Shown piece after piece: positions 11,321-22,198 of a stretch of DNA of 64,000 nt. The DNA is from Chloroflexota bacterium (GTDB lineage: Bacteria; Chloroflexota; UBA11872): the NCBI GenBank assembly GCA_965219705.1, contig OZ244789.1, forward strand, positions 2,478,580 to 2,542,579, written 5' to 3'. The translations under genes were made by a program, and so were the position numbers. The number at the start of each line of letters is the position of its first letter. The stretch's first letter is position 1. The notes under the pieces were generated by a model. That model worked only from the letters and a program-made list of their open reading frames with translations. It ran no database searches and was not told the DNA's origin.

Positions 11321-11617
11321 TCAATCCACGCCGGCCACCACGCGGTGCTTGAGGGAAACGACGTTGCCGGAGCCGTCGTCGATGTTCACGATCTTGAAGG
11401 AACGACGCATTGTCGGCGTACCTTCTGAATAGCCTGATGACGCAGCTTGAAATACGTTCATTCGGCCTCTGGGACGCAGGAAACTGACGGTTATTTTCCA
11501 GAGATCCGATCCGTCGTCAAAGTCAACTTCTTCGAGCACGACCTCATCGATATCCTCGTCGGCGAAGACATCGGCGATATACGTCTTGGCTGTCCGCGCA
11601 GCCTCCCGCACGTCCAT
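11321..11617 (-). CDS. small acidic protein upstream of PIN (putative antitoxin of unknown family)
   Basis: The start MDVREAARTAKTYIADVF is preceded by GGGAGAAG 4 nt upstream. The protein is ~98 aa with no RHH/AbrB/Phd signature recognisable by eye. Confidence 0.45.
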   Translation of the reverse strand: MDVREAARTAKTYIADVFADEDIDEVVLEEVDFDDGSDLWKITVSFLRPRGRMNVFQAASSGYSEGTPTMRRSFKIVNIDDGSGNVVSLKHRVVAGVD

Positions 11618-11815
11618 CGACTTCTCCCGCGCCTTCCGTGGTTGCGCGATTATAGCGGCGAGGACAGGTGAGGTCGTTTGTGGAGTTCGACTCCGCGCTG
11701 GTTTTGAGGCGGCGCGGTGTGCGACTTCGAGCAGTATTTCGTGCGCCCGGGCCGTCCGGCTCCTACGATGCTCTTGGGCGCGCGCCGCGCGGCCTTTTGG
11801 GGTGGAGTGCAGCCG

Positions 11816-13012
11816 ATGATCAAGCAGGCGAGGTACAGCAACGGATCGCGCGAGGTGGTGGTCACGGCGTCGGAGCCGGACGTTTGGCTTGAGGCGACCG
11901 ACAGCGTCATCAACTTTCCGGGCCTTGTGGAGCTGGACGGCGACAACCTCTTCATGTCGTATCACCGCGGCCGGCACGGCGGGGTGGAGCCGCTCGCCGG
12001 GGTCGTCTCAAGCGACCTGGGGGCGACGTGGCAGCCGGCGCCGGACGATTCGCCGTTCATCGACCGGCATCCGGACACCGGCTTGAACACCATGGATTTC
12101 GGCTCGGGGATTATCGGCTACCCGAGCGACGGCACGATCACCCGGATCGACACCTACCCCTTGGAGAACTACCAGGAGCCCTATCTGAGCGCCGAGGGTC
12201 CGCATCACCTCGTGATGCAGCGTGCGGACTCGACGTTTCAGCTGCGCAAGTGGTCGAAGTCGGGCGAGTTGCTGGAACTCCACCCGTTCAAGGTCGAGGG
12301 GTTTCCGTGGGAGGCGGCGTCGTACGAGAACTACTCCCGCCTGATTGAGCTCGACAATGGGGACTACATGACGGTGTTCGAGCACCAGGTCGGCCCGCCC
12401 GAGATGCTCGACGGGTTGAGCCCCAGCGGACGGCAGATGGTGCAGTACAGCTTCTCGAGCTCCGTCATTCGCTCGTCGGACCGCGGGTACACCTGGAAGT
12501 TCGTCGAGCACTTCCATCCCGACGACCACAAGCCGGTCTACGGCCCGGCGGACCGGGCGGTTGACGAGGGCTTCGACGAGCCCGACGTCATCCAGCTCGA
12601 CAACGGGGACATCCTCTGCTTGATGCGCACCGGCAGCTACTCGCCGATGTTCCAGTCGCGCTCAACGGATGGCGGCGGGACCTGGTCCGCGCCGGAGTCG
12701 ACGGGCTGGCAGGGCGTCAAGCCGCGGCTCCAAAAGCTGCCGAACGGCATCCTGGCCTGCGTAGCCGGCCGCGGCGGCTACGGTCATCCCCAGGTCACGC
12801 ACGTGATGCTGAGCCTGGACGGCACCGGCGAGCATTGGGAATACCCGTTCGCCTTTCACACCGGTCCGGGCTGCTCATACACCTCGGTCATGCAGCGCGA
12901 CGGCAAGCTGCACGTCGTGTACTCGCAATCGGACTTCACCCGCGAGTTGGGTACGAACGAGCTGCCGACCCAGTCGATCCGGCGTATCGTGATCGACGTC
13001 CAGGATGCCTAG
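11816..13012 (+). CDS. BNR/Asp-box repeat sialidase-like protein (second copy), cytoplasmic
   Basis: Motifs SSDLGATW, SSDRGYTW and STDGGGTW are present. The start MIKQARYS has GGAG 8 nt upstream. No signal peptide is present. Confidence 0.8.
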   Translation: MIKQARYSNGSREVVVTASEPDVWLEATDSVINFPGLVELDGDNLFMSYHRGRHGGVEPLAGVVSSDLGATWQPAPDDSPFIDRHPDTGLNTMDFGSGIIGYPSDGTITRIDTYPLENYQEPYLSAEGPHHLVMQRADSTFQLRKWSKSGELLELHPFKVEGFPWEAASYENYSRLIELDNGDYMTVFEHQVGPPEMLDGLSPSGRQMVQYSFSSSVIRSSDRGYTWKFVEHFHPDDHKPVYGPADRAVDEGFDEPDVIQLDNGDILCLMRTGSYSPMFQSRSTDGGGTWSAPESTGWQGVKPRLQKLPNGILACVAGRGGYGHPQVTHVMLSLDGTGEHWEYPFAFHTGPGCSYTSVMQRDGKLHVVYSQSDFTRELGTNELPTQSIRRIVIDVQDA

Positions 13013-13095
13013 GTTGGCGGAACTGCAGGGGCCGGGATTGGCAGCGGTCGCTCTGCCACCGGGGCATCGCCAGGGGCGTGAGCGCCTGTGTCTGT

Positions 13096-13312
13096 TCCCC
13101 CTCATCCTCGCCTTCTCCCGCCAGGGGAGAAGGGACCGGCAGTGAGGCGCGCGCCGTGCGTGGTCCCCCTCATCCTCACCTTCTCCCGCCAGGGGAGAAG
13201 GGACCGGAAGTGAGGCGCGCGCCGCGCGTGGTCCCCCTCATCCCCGTATCGTGGTACGGGGCAGGCTCTCGCCTTCTCCCGCCAGGGGAGAAGGGACCGG
13301 AAGTGACTCCCG
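13096..13312. repeat. about 67-bp tandem direct repeat x3, each with a 9-bp-stem palindrome CCTTCTCCC-gccag-GGGAGAAGG; the third unit is interrupted by a REP module
   Basis: Units lie at about 13096-13163, 13164-13230 and 13231-13312. Unit 3 carries the insertion CCCCGTATCGTGGTACGGGGCAGGCTC. Confidence 0.7.
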
Positions 13313-13330
13313 CACCGTGCAGGGGCGGGC

Positions 13331-13477
13331 GCGGGCAACCACGAGGGTTGTCCCTACGCGGTCGTCTTCATGCCGTGCGAGGGCGCACCCCTGGGGGCGG
13401 TTCGCGAACCGCCCCTACCAAACCTCGACCCGTGCAGCTTCGCGAAGCGCCCGTTCGACAAGCTCAGGGCGAACGGA
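13331..13477. repeat. cluster of REP-like palindromic modules (GGGCAACCACGAGGGTTGTCCCTAC; GGGGCGGTTCGCGAACCGCCCCTAC; TTCGACAAGCTCAGGGCGAACGG)
   Basis: The same modules recur at 17405-17432, 39634-39661, 40448-40474, 43344-43368 and 44276-44303. Confidence 0.7.
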
Positions 13478-13514
13478 CCTACAGCCTTATATCTTTCGAT
13501 ATGCCGCAGCGTGA

Positions 13515-15594
<2,080 letters not shown>

Positions 15595-15598
<4 letters not shown>

Positions 15599-16818
15599 CC
15601 ATCGCCCGCGTCGACTGCCCGGCGGGCGCGAGCGGCAACATGTTCCTCGGCGCGCTGCTCGATGCCGGGTTGGACCAGGCCAAGCTGGAGGCCGAGCTGC
15701 GCACGCTCGATCTGCCGCCGTGGCGCCTGGTGAGAAAGTCGGTGCGCAAGGGCCCCATCGCGGCGACGCACATGGACTTCGACATTGACGCGGCCGGCAC
15801 CCACCAGACGCTGAGCGACCCCGAGTCGATGGCGGCGGTGATAGCCGCGAGCGGCGTGCGGGAACCGGCCAAGACTCGTGCGCAGCGGATGGTGCGGCGG
15901 CTGGCTGAGGCTGAAGCCGCCGTTCACGGCGTCGATCCCGGCGAGGCTCACTTTCACGAGCTCGGCGCGGTGGACGCGGTGCTCGACATCGTGGGCGCCT
16001 GCGTCGCCGTGGACCTGCTCGAAATAATCTCCATGAGCACCTCGGCCATCAATACGGGCAGCGGCACGGTCAACACGTCCCATGGCGTGCTGCCGGTACC
16101 GGCGCCGGCGACGCTGCGGATTCTTCAAGGGTCGCCGCTCGAGGTCTACGCGTCCGACACGGCCTGTGAGTTGCTCACGCCGACCGGAGCCCTGGTGCTG
16201 ACCGAGTTCACCACGCACCCCGGTCACGCGCCCGCCATGCGCGTGACCGCGACCGGCTACGGCGCGGGCACCGCCGACCTGGCGATCCCGAACGTGCTGC
16301 GGGTCACCCTGGGCGAAGCCACCGGCGCGCTCGACGCGGACGTCGTGACCGTGATCGAGGCGAACGTGGACGATATGAATCCGGAGCACTATCCCCCGGT
16401 CACCGAGCGGCTGTTCCAGGCCGGGGCGCTGGATGTGACCCTGACGCCGCTGGTGATGAAGAAGGGGCGCCCCGGAACCCTGATCAGCGTGCTGGCGCCG
16501 CCCGAGACGAGCCGCGCCGCGGTTGACATTCTGCTGCGCGAGACTTCGACGCTGGGGGTGCGGCTGCATGACGCCCAACGCGTGAAGGTGCCCCGGCATA
16601 CGCTGCGCGTGGATACGCCGTACGGGCCGATCAAGGTCAAGGCTTCGTATCTTGATGGACGCTTGCGTGACGTGGCGCCGGAGGCCGACGACTGCGTGCG
16701 CGCCGCGCGCGACCACGACGTTCGCTTGCAGGCGGTTTACGATGCGGCTCGGGCTGCCGCGTGGGAGACCGTGTCCCCGAGTCAGCCGGCAATGGGAGGC
16801 CCAAATGACCGATCGTGA
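15595..16818 (+). CDS. larC: nickel insertion protein LarC (DUF111 family)
   Basis: The start MTIARVDCPAGASGNMFLGALLDAG overlaps the larB stop as ATGA. The protein is 407 aa. Confidence 0.8.
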
Positions 16819-17281
16819 CGATCACCGGCCGCTGAGGCGTTTGGACGGCGAGATCGTGCGGGTGGACCGCCAACCCGTGGGCGTGGTGCGCGCCGAGCGC
16901 GCCATCGTGCGCGGCGGGTCCGTGCGCCGCATTCAGACCGAGAGCTTGCAGAGCGATGCTTCGGCCATTGGCGTGGCCCGAGCCAATGAGATCGCCGCTG
17001 GGCAAACGTTGGTGGGGGGCGTGGCCGCGCGTGACGCGGTCGTGCGCAACAGCGCCGTCGCCGGCACCGTCACCGCCAACGCGTGGTTGGAGAACGTGGC
17101 GGCGTCGTGGATCGTGGCGGGCAACGTGCAAGCCGATCGGGTGCTGACCCTGGCGGTGGTGGGCGCCAATGTCAAAGGCAACGTGCGAGCGCTCATGGGT
17201 CCGCGGGCCGCCATTGCCTTCGGCGTGGCCCTCGGGCTTTCGACACTTCTCGCGCGATTCATCGGACGGCTCCTGAAATAG
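16805..17281 (+). CDS. bactofilin-like beta-helical repeat protein with a C-terminal hydrophobic segment (low confidence on family)
   Basis: The start has GGGAGG 6 nt upstream of the ATG and overlaps the larC end by 14 nt. The repeat VVRNSAVAGTVTANAWLENVAASWIVAGNVQADRVLTLAVVGANVKGNVRA is present. Confidence 0.45.
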   Translation: MTDRDDHRPLRRLDGEIVRVDRQPVGVVRAERAIVRGGSVRRIQTESLQSDASAIGVARANEIAAGQTLVGGVAARDAVVRNSAVAGTVTANAWLENVAASWIVAGNVQADRVLTLAVVGANVKGNVRALMGPRAAIAFGVALGLSTLLARFIGRLLK

Positions 17282-17348
17282 GGCCGCGCGACTACTCTGG
17301 AGGGGGCACCGAACCGGAGCGGTCTCGCCTAGCTTGAGAGTTGGACTC

Positions 17349-17432
17349 CCATGCTGCACGAAGCATGGGCCACCGGGCACCGGGCAGACCCGGGTCGGGT
17401 GAGTGGCAGGGCGGTTCGCGAACCGCCCCTAC
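17349..17432. repeat. REP mosaic: hairpin CCCATGCTGCACGAAGCATGGGCCACCGGGC plus GGGCGGTTCGCGAACCGCCCCTAC
   Basis: Both modules recur elsewhere in the window. Confidence 0.7.
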
Positions 17433-17473
17433 GCGGCCGTCGCAACCATCTGGCGCGTTCCCGAGTAGATTGA

Positions 17474-17956
17474 GTGGCCGATGGCTCGGCCACCCGGGCA
17501 GGTGGGCACTGGAGGCGGCTTGTGGAGGGTGAATACCGCACGTATCGCAGCGACGATGTCGAGGTGCGGGCGCTGCGGCGCCGGATGCCCTCCGAGCTGT
17601 TCCACGTCTGCGAGCACCTGCTGGGCCGTTGGCAGGATGCGGGATTGCCGCTGCGACCGACCGCGCGCGGGTTCGCCCTGCAGGCGCCGCTTGGAGAGCG
17701 GCTGCACAGCCTCGCGTGGGTCTACGCGCCGGACGCCCGGCATCCAGAGCCGCGCCTGGAGGTCGCCATCGATCTTCTGCGCCGGCGCGGCGTGCCCGCG
17801 CAGGATCTCGAGGCGCTGCGCGAACGGTTGGACGCGTACGGGGACGACGAGGGAGCCGCGGGGCTCGCGACCGTAACGATCACCGCCTCGCTATCCACCG
17901 AAGACGCCGAAAGGCTCGCGGGCGCGCTGGTGCAATTCGCGCATTCGCTCGGCTGA
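17474..17956 (+). CDS. hypothetical protein (160 aa), 14 nt upstream of the MFS transporter
   Basis: The ORF is open, but the start is uncertain and there is no recognisable domain. Confidence 0.4.
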   Translation: MADGSATRAGGHWRRLVEGEYRTYRSDDVEVRALRRRMPSELFHVCEHLLGRWQDAGLPLRPTARGFALQAPLGERLHSLAWVYAPDARHPEPRLEVAIDLLRRRGVPAQDLEALRERLDAYGDDEGAAGLATVTITASLSTEDAERLAGALVQFAHSLG

Positions 17957-17969
17957 CTCGCGGCGCGGC

Positions 17970-19397
17970 TTGAACCGGACGCTCCGCTCCCACAAGTGGA
18001 CGACGCTGGCGGTTGTCATGGCCAGCGTCTTCATGGCGACGCTCGATTCCAGCGCCGTCAACATCACGCTGCCCACGCTTGCCGTCGAGCTGGACGCCAC
18101 CTTCGACACGCTGCAGTGGGTCGTGCTGGCGTACCTGCTGGTCATCACGGGCCTGCTCCTGCCCTTGGGCCGGGCGGCGGACGCACTGGGCCGGCGCCGC
18201 CTCTTCGTGGCCGGGCTCACGATATTCGTGGTCGGCTCGTTGCTGTCGGGAATGGCGGTCAACGTGTGGATGCTCGTGGCATGCCGGGTCCTGCAGGGTC
18301 TTGGCAGCGCCGCCACGCAGGCCATCGGCGCGGCGCTGGTGATCGATGCGTTCCCTCACAGCGAACGCGGTCGCGCCATGGGGTGGGTGCTCAGCGCGGT
18401 CTCCGCGGGTCTCGTCACCGGGCCGCTGGCCGGGGGCGTTCTGGTGGGCACCATTGGCTGGCGCTGGATCTTCTACCTCAACGTTCCGGTTGGCCTGGTC
18501 AGCCTCGCGTTGGGGCTGCGATCCCTCCCGTACACCGCCCCCGTCGGACCGCGGCGCTTCGACATCCTGGGGGCGGCATCGCTCGTGGCCGGCATCATGC
18601 TGGTGTTATTCGGGCTCAACCGGGTGCAAGTCGCGGGCATCGTGGCGCCGCTGGTGCTGGCGCCATTGCTCTCCGGGCTTGTGCTGCTCGGCGGCTTCCT
18701 GGCGTGGCAACGCCGCTCGCCCGTGCCGACGGTCGATCTTGAGATGTTCCGCGTTCGCGAGCTCAGCGCGGCGACGCTGGCGGCGTTCCTGGCATTCGCC
18801 GGCCTGGCGTCGCTGATCTTGCTGCTGCCGTTCTATCTGCAGCGGGGTCTTGGGCTGACCCCGGTGCAGGTCGGTCTGGTGCTGGCGACGATACCGGCCC
18901 TGATGGGACTGATCGGACCGCCTGCCGGGGCGCTCGCCGATCGCGTGGGGCCGCGACCGGTGGCGTCGGTGGGTGTGGCGCTCACCGCCATCGGGCTCGC
19001 GCTGATGGCCACGCTTGGCGACACGGCCGGTCCCGGCGACGTGGTGGTGCGGATGCTCGTGACGGGCGTGGGACTTGCCTTGTTCAACAGCGCCAACGCC
19101 GGCTCGCTCATGGGCGCCGCCGCGCCGCGCCATCGCGGCCAGGCCAGCGCCACCATGTCGCTGGCGCGCAATACCGGGCAATCGGTGGGACAGGCGCTGT
19201 GGGGAACGCTATGGGGCGTGCTCGCGGCGGGCATCCTGGGCGTCGCGGCTGTCGGGGATCAGCCGCTCCACACCGCATTCGACGCCTTTCGCGTGACCTG
19301 GGCGGCGGCCGCGGCCGTTACGGCGCTTGCTCTTGTTGCTTCCCTCGCCCGCGGACCGACTCGCGCGGAAGACCCAACGGCTGACGCCGGGGCGTAG
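17970..19397 (+). CDS. MFS transporter (DHA2-like drug:H+ antiporter family, ~14 TM)
   Basis: It has 14 hydrophobic segments, the MFS motif GRAADALGRRRL after TM2, and an N-terminus of DHA2-family type. Confidence 0.85.
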   Translation: MNRTLRSHKWTTLAVVMASVFMATLDSSAVNITLPTLAVELDATFDTLQWVVLAYLLVITGLLLPLGRAADALGRRRLFVAGLTIFVVGSLLSGMAVNVWMLVACRVLQGLGSAATQAIGAALVIDAFPHSERGRAMGWVLSAVSAGLVTGPLAGGVLVGTIGWRWIFYLNVPVGLVSLALGLRSLPYTAPVGPRRFDILGAASLVAGIMLVLFGLNRVQVAGIVAPLVLAPLLSGLVLLGGFLAWQRRSPVPTVDLEMFRVRELSAATLAAFLAFAGLASLILLLPFYLQRGLGLTPVQVGLVLATIPALMGLIGPPAGALADRVGPRPVASVGVALTAIGLALMATLGDTAGPGDVVVRMLVTGVGLALFNSANAGSLMGAAAPRHRGQASATMSLARNTGQSVGQALWGTLWGVLAAGILGVAAVGDQPLHTAFDAFRVTWAAAAAVTALALVASLARGPTRAEDPTADAGA

Positions 19398-19407
19398 GCA
19401 GGGCCGC

Positions 19408-20142
19408 CTACGCCGGGCGTTGGAGGTCGAGGACGCCCGGCGGAATCGCGTCCGCATCCGGTCGCAGCGGATCAGGCGATCCGCCGCCGGGCCCACGTAC
19501 CCGGCGCAGGTAGTTCAGGGCCTTGCGCGTATCGCTGGCAACGCGCGGGGGCACGCACGTCCGCACGCGCCAGCGAAAGAGCCAGTACGTAAAGGACTTG
19601 TAGGTCGGCCAGGCGAGGCGCCGCGGGGGAGCGGCGCCTCGCTCCTCCGCGTGGGCCTCCAGCAATTCGGGCAGTGAGCGCCCGTAGATCCGCTCATAGA
19701 GCCCCAGGCCCGCGGACGCGTCCAGCGCGTGGAACTTTGCCGCCTCAAGCTCAACCGCGCAATGCAGCGCTTCTTCAACGGTGATGCCGTAGAAGTAGTT
19801 GAGATAGGCCGTATAGCTCGCAGGCCCCAGGGCGTCGCGGAATTCGGATTCGCTGAGGGCGATTGGCGGTTCACCGTCGAAGAGGAGCCGTTCGAGTTCT
19901 TCAGCCTTGGCCCCGCCGCCCGCGCCGACCAGGCGCTCGATGACGAGGAGCAGATCGAGCGCCTGGCCGTCGATCAGATACACGAGCCGCCGCTGCCGCA
20001 CGACCTCGGAGGCGAGCGTCCAGACGCCGGCCGCGCGGAGCGCCGCGAGGTACCAGTGCGCGCCGAGCACCAGCTCGGCGCGATATCGCTCGAACGGGCG
20101 GGCGGCGTGGAGCGGCGCGTGTCCCGTCATCCCAGCCGCCAC
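19408..20142 (-). CDS. hypothetical protein with several ExxH motifs (possible heme-oxygenase-like diiron or TenA/PqqC-like fold)
   Basis: Motifs VEEALH, ELEAAKFH and LEAHAEE are present. The protein is 244 aa. The assignment is speculative. Confidence 0.5.
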   Translation of the reverse strand: MAAGMTGHAPLHAARPFERYRAELVLGAHWYLAALRAAGVWTLASEVVRQRRLVYLIDGQALDLLLVIERLVGAGGGAKAEELERLLFDGEPPIALSESEFRDALGPASYTAYLNYFYGITVEEALHCAVELEAAKFHALDASAGLGLYERIYGRSLPELLEAHAEERGAAPPRRLAWPTYKSFTYWLFRWRVRTCVPPRVASDTRKALNYLRRVRGPGGGSPDPLRPDADAIPPGVLDLQRPA

Positions 20143-20261
20143 CTCGGCCGATAGGTACGATCACGCCCGCGAGCCACGCACGACTCCCGAGGCCCACGAT
20201 CAAGCTCACCATTCATTGCGACGGAGCGAGCCGGGGGAACCCGGGACCGGCGGCCGCCGGC

Positions 20262-20621
20262 GTGGTGGCACTGAATGCCGAGGGCGAGATCGTCGCCCGG
20301 TCCGCGCTGCGGCTGGGGGAGATGACGAACAATCGGGCGGAGTATCACGCCGTGTGGACCGGCATGCAGCTGGCCAGCCAGCTCGGCGCGACGGACATCG
20401 AGTTTCGGCTGGACAGCCTGCTGGCGGTGAGGCAGCTCAGCGGCGAGTGGCGCATCAAGCACGACGGCCTGCGCGCCCTGGCGGAACGCGTCCGGGCATG
20501 TGAGCCGCCCGAAGCCTGTATTCGGTACACCCACGTAGGTCGCGAGGCCAACGCCATGGCGGACCGCCTGGCGAATTGGGCGCTGGACCGCACCGATCCG
20601 GCGGACGCCGCGCCCGGCTAG
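20262..20621 (+). CDS. rnhA: ribonuclease H (RNase HI-like); the conserved N-terminal catalytic segment lies upstream of the first canonical start
   Basis: The in-frame upstream sequence ...TIKLTIHCDGASRGNPGPAAAGVV (20196-20261) contains the first catalytic Asp. No ATG/GTG/TTG precedes it in frame after the last stop. The ORF track starts at GTG 20262. Confidence 0.65.
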   Translation: MVALNAEGEIVARSALRLGEMTNNRAEYHAVWTGMQLASQLGATDIEFRLDSLLAVRQLSGEWRIKHDGLRALAERVRACEPPEACIRYTHVGREANAMADRLANWALDRTDPADAAPG

Positions 20622-20728
20622 CGGCGGCGCGGCTGTGAACGCCGCGCACATGTTCTGAAAATTCTTGGTGAAACACTTGACGCATGGTGGGGTATATGCT
20701 TTACTTCCGCCGTTGAATCACCACTCAA

Positions 20729-20754
20729 GTGGTGATTAGTGGGGGAATGTGGGG
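20729..20754 (+). promoter_or_regulatory. three direct GTGGKG repeats at 10-bp spacing (MraZ-box-like operator) upstream of mraZ
   Basis: GTGGTG is at 20729, GTGGGG at 20739 and GTGGGG at 20749. A TTGACG element lies at 20686. The array ends 45 nt upstream of the mraZ ATG. Confidence 0.55.
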
Positions 20755-20798
20755 AGGATGACCGCGAGGCATCGGTCCGCTCGCGAACGTCATGAGCA

Positions 20799-21239
20799 AT
20801 GCACGGCATCACGGGACTACGAGTCCACCAGCTCGACGCCAAGGGTCGTTTGGCCTTCCCCAGCAAATTTCGCGCCTTGCTTCCGGGCGGGGGCGTGCTC
20901 ACAGTGGGCGCCGAGCGGTGCCTCACATTTTATCCGAGCGAGCGATGGCGCCAGATCGAGGACCGCTTGGCGACCATGGACTCCCTGGACCCCGACGTGC
21001 GCGACACCAAGCGGCGCGTATTCGGCATGGCCGAGCGCGTGGACTTCGATGGGCAGGGCCGGATCAACATTCCGTCGCACCTTGTCGAGTTCGCTGGACT
21101 GGCAAAGCAAGTCGTCGTGATTGGCACGGGCGATGTCATTGAAATCTGGGACGCCGAGGCCTGGCGCGATCAGCGCGACCGGATCGACGCGGACGCCGTC
21201 GCAATCATGCGGCGAGCCGGCGGAGGCGGCCCAAACTAA
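20799..21239 (+). CDS. mraZ: transcriptional regulator MraZ
   Basis: Two DxKGR-type motifs are present (LDAKGRLAFPSKFR; FDGQGRINIPSHL). It is the first gene of the dcw cluster. Confidence 0.85.
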   Translation: MHGITGLRVHQLDAKGRLAFPSKFRALLPGGGVLTVGAERCLTFYPSERWRQIEDRLATMDSLDPDVRDTKRRVFGMAERVDFDGQGRINIPSHLVEFAGLAKQVVVIGTGDVIEIWDAEAWRDQRDRIDADAVAIMRRAGGGGPN

Positions 21240-21253
21240 CTTTCGGGTGTTCT

Positions 21254-22180
21254 ATGGGGGACGCAGTGCCTCCCCTGCGTCCCCCATACACCAAACCTGC
21301 GAAGGGAGCGTCGGCAGTCCACGCCTCGGTGCTCGTAGCGGCTGTCGTTGAGTTCACGGGGGTATCACAGGGGGGGAGCTACGTGGACGCAACTGCCGGC
21401 GCCGGAGGGCATACCCAAGCCCTTGTAGCGGCCGGCGCGACACGCGTCCTGGCGCTCGACGCCGATCCCGATGCCGTTGCGCGACTTCGCGCTCGGTTCA
21501 GCAACGAACCTCGAGTCTCAACCGCGCAGGGAAATTTCTGCGACCTCGCGCGCATCGCCCCTGCCCACGGCTTCGACCGGGCCGATGGCGTGCTTTTTGA
21601 CCTCGGACTCTCCAGCGATCAGCTCGACGATCCGTCACGGGGGTTCTCCTTTCAGCATGACGGTCCGCTCGACATGCGCTTCGATCCCAATTGCGGGCGT
21701 CCCGCCCTAGACCTTGTCAACCGCCTTCCCGAGCCGGAGCTGGCGGATCTGCTGCGCCGATTTGGCGACGAGCGGCGCGCCGGACGCATTGCCCGCCGCA
21801 TCGTTGAGCGCCGGCCGATCACGAGCACCGCGGTGCTGGCGGCGGTGGTGCGGCGCGCCATCCCCGGCCGCCAACGGATTCATCCGGCTACCCGCACGTT
21901 TCAGGCGTTGCGCATGGCCGTCAACGACGAACTCGGCGCTCTGACGGCCGGTCTGCACGCCGCGCACGACCTTGCCGCTCCGGACGGCCGCGTGGTGGCC
22001 ATCGCCTTTCACAGCCATGAGGACCGCATCGTCAAGCAGCGATTCCGCTCGTGGGCCGCCGCCGGTACGGCGGAGATTCTGACGCGCTCGCCGCTACGCG
22101 CGGACCGGTCGGAAGTGGCCGAGAATCGTCGGGCGCGCAGTGCCAAGCTGCGTGCCGCGCGCATGACGCCGGGCCACTGA
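21254..22180 (+). CDS. rsmH: 16S rRNA (cytosine1402-N4)-methyltransferase RsmH
   Basis: The motifs HASVLV...YVDATAGAGGHT...DLGLSSDQLD are present. Confidence 0.9.
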   Translation: MGDAVPPLRPPYTKPAKGASAVHASVLVAAVVEFTGVSQGGSYVDATAGAGGHTQALVAAGATRVLALDADPDAVARLRARFSNEPRVSTAQGNFCDLARIAPAHGFDRADGVLFDLGLSSDQLDDPSRGFSFQHDGPLDMRFDPNCGRPALDLVNRLPEPELADLLRRFGDERRAGRIARRIVERRPITSTAVLAAVVRRAIPGRQRIHPATRTFQALRMAVNDELGALTAGLHAAHDLAAPDGRVVAIAFHSHEDRIVKQRFRSWAAAGTAEILTRSPLRADRSEVAENRRARSAKLRAARMTPGH

Positions 22181-22198
22181 TGGCCTCAATCGGTTGGG

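Noticed and set aside
13096-13312. Possible CRISPR array, given regularly spaced palindromic repeats
   Set aside because: The units are directly adjacent with no unique spacers. The repeat length is ~67 bp with an internal hairpin. No cas genes are nearby. It is a tandem repeat.
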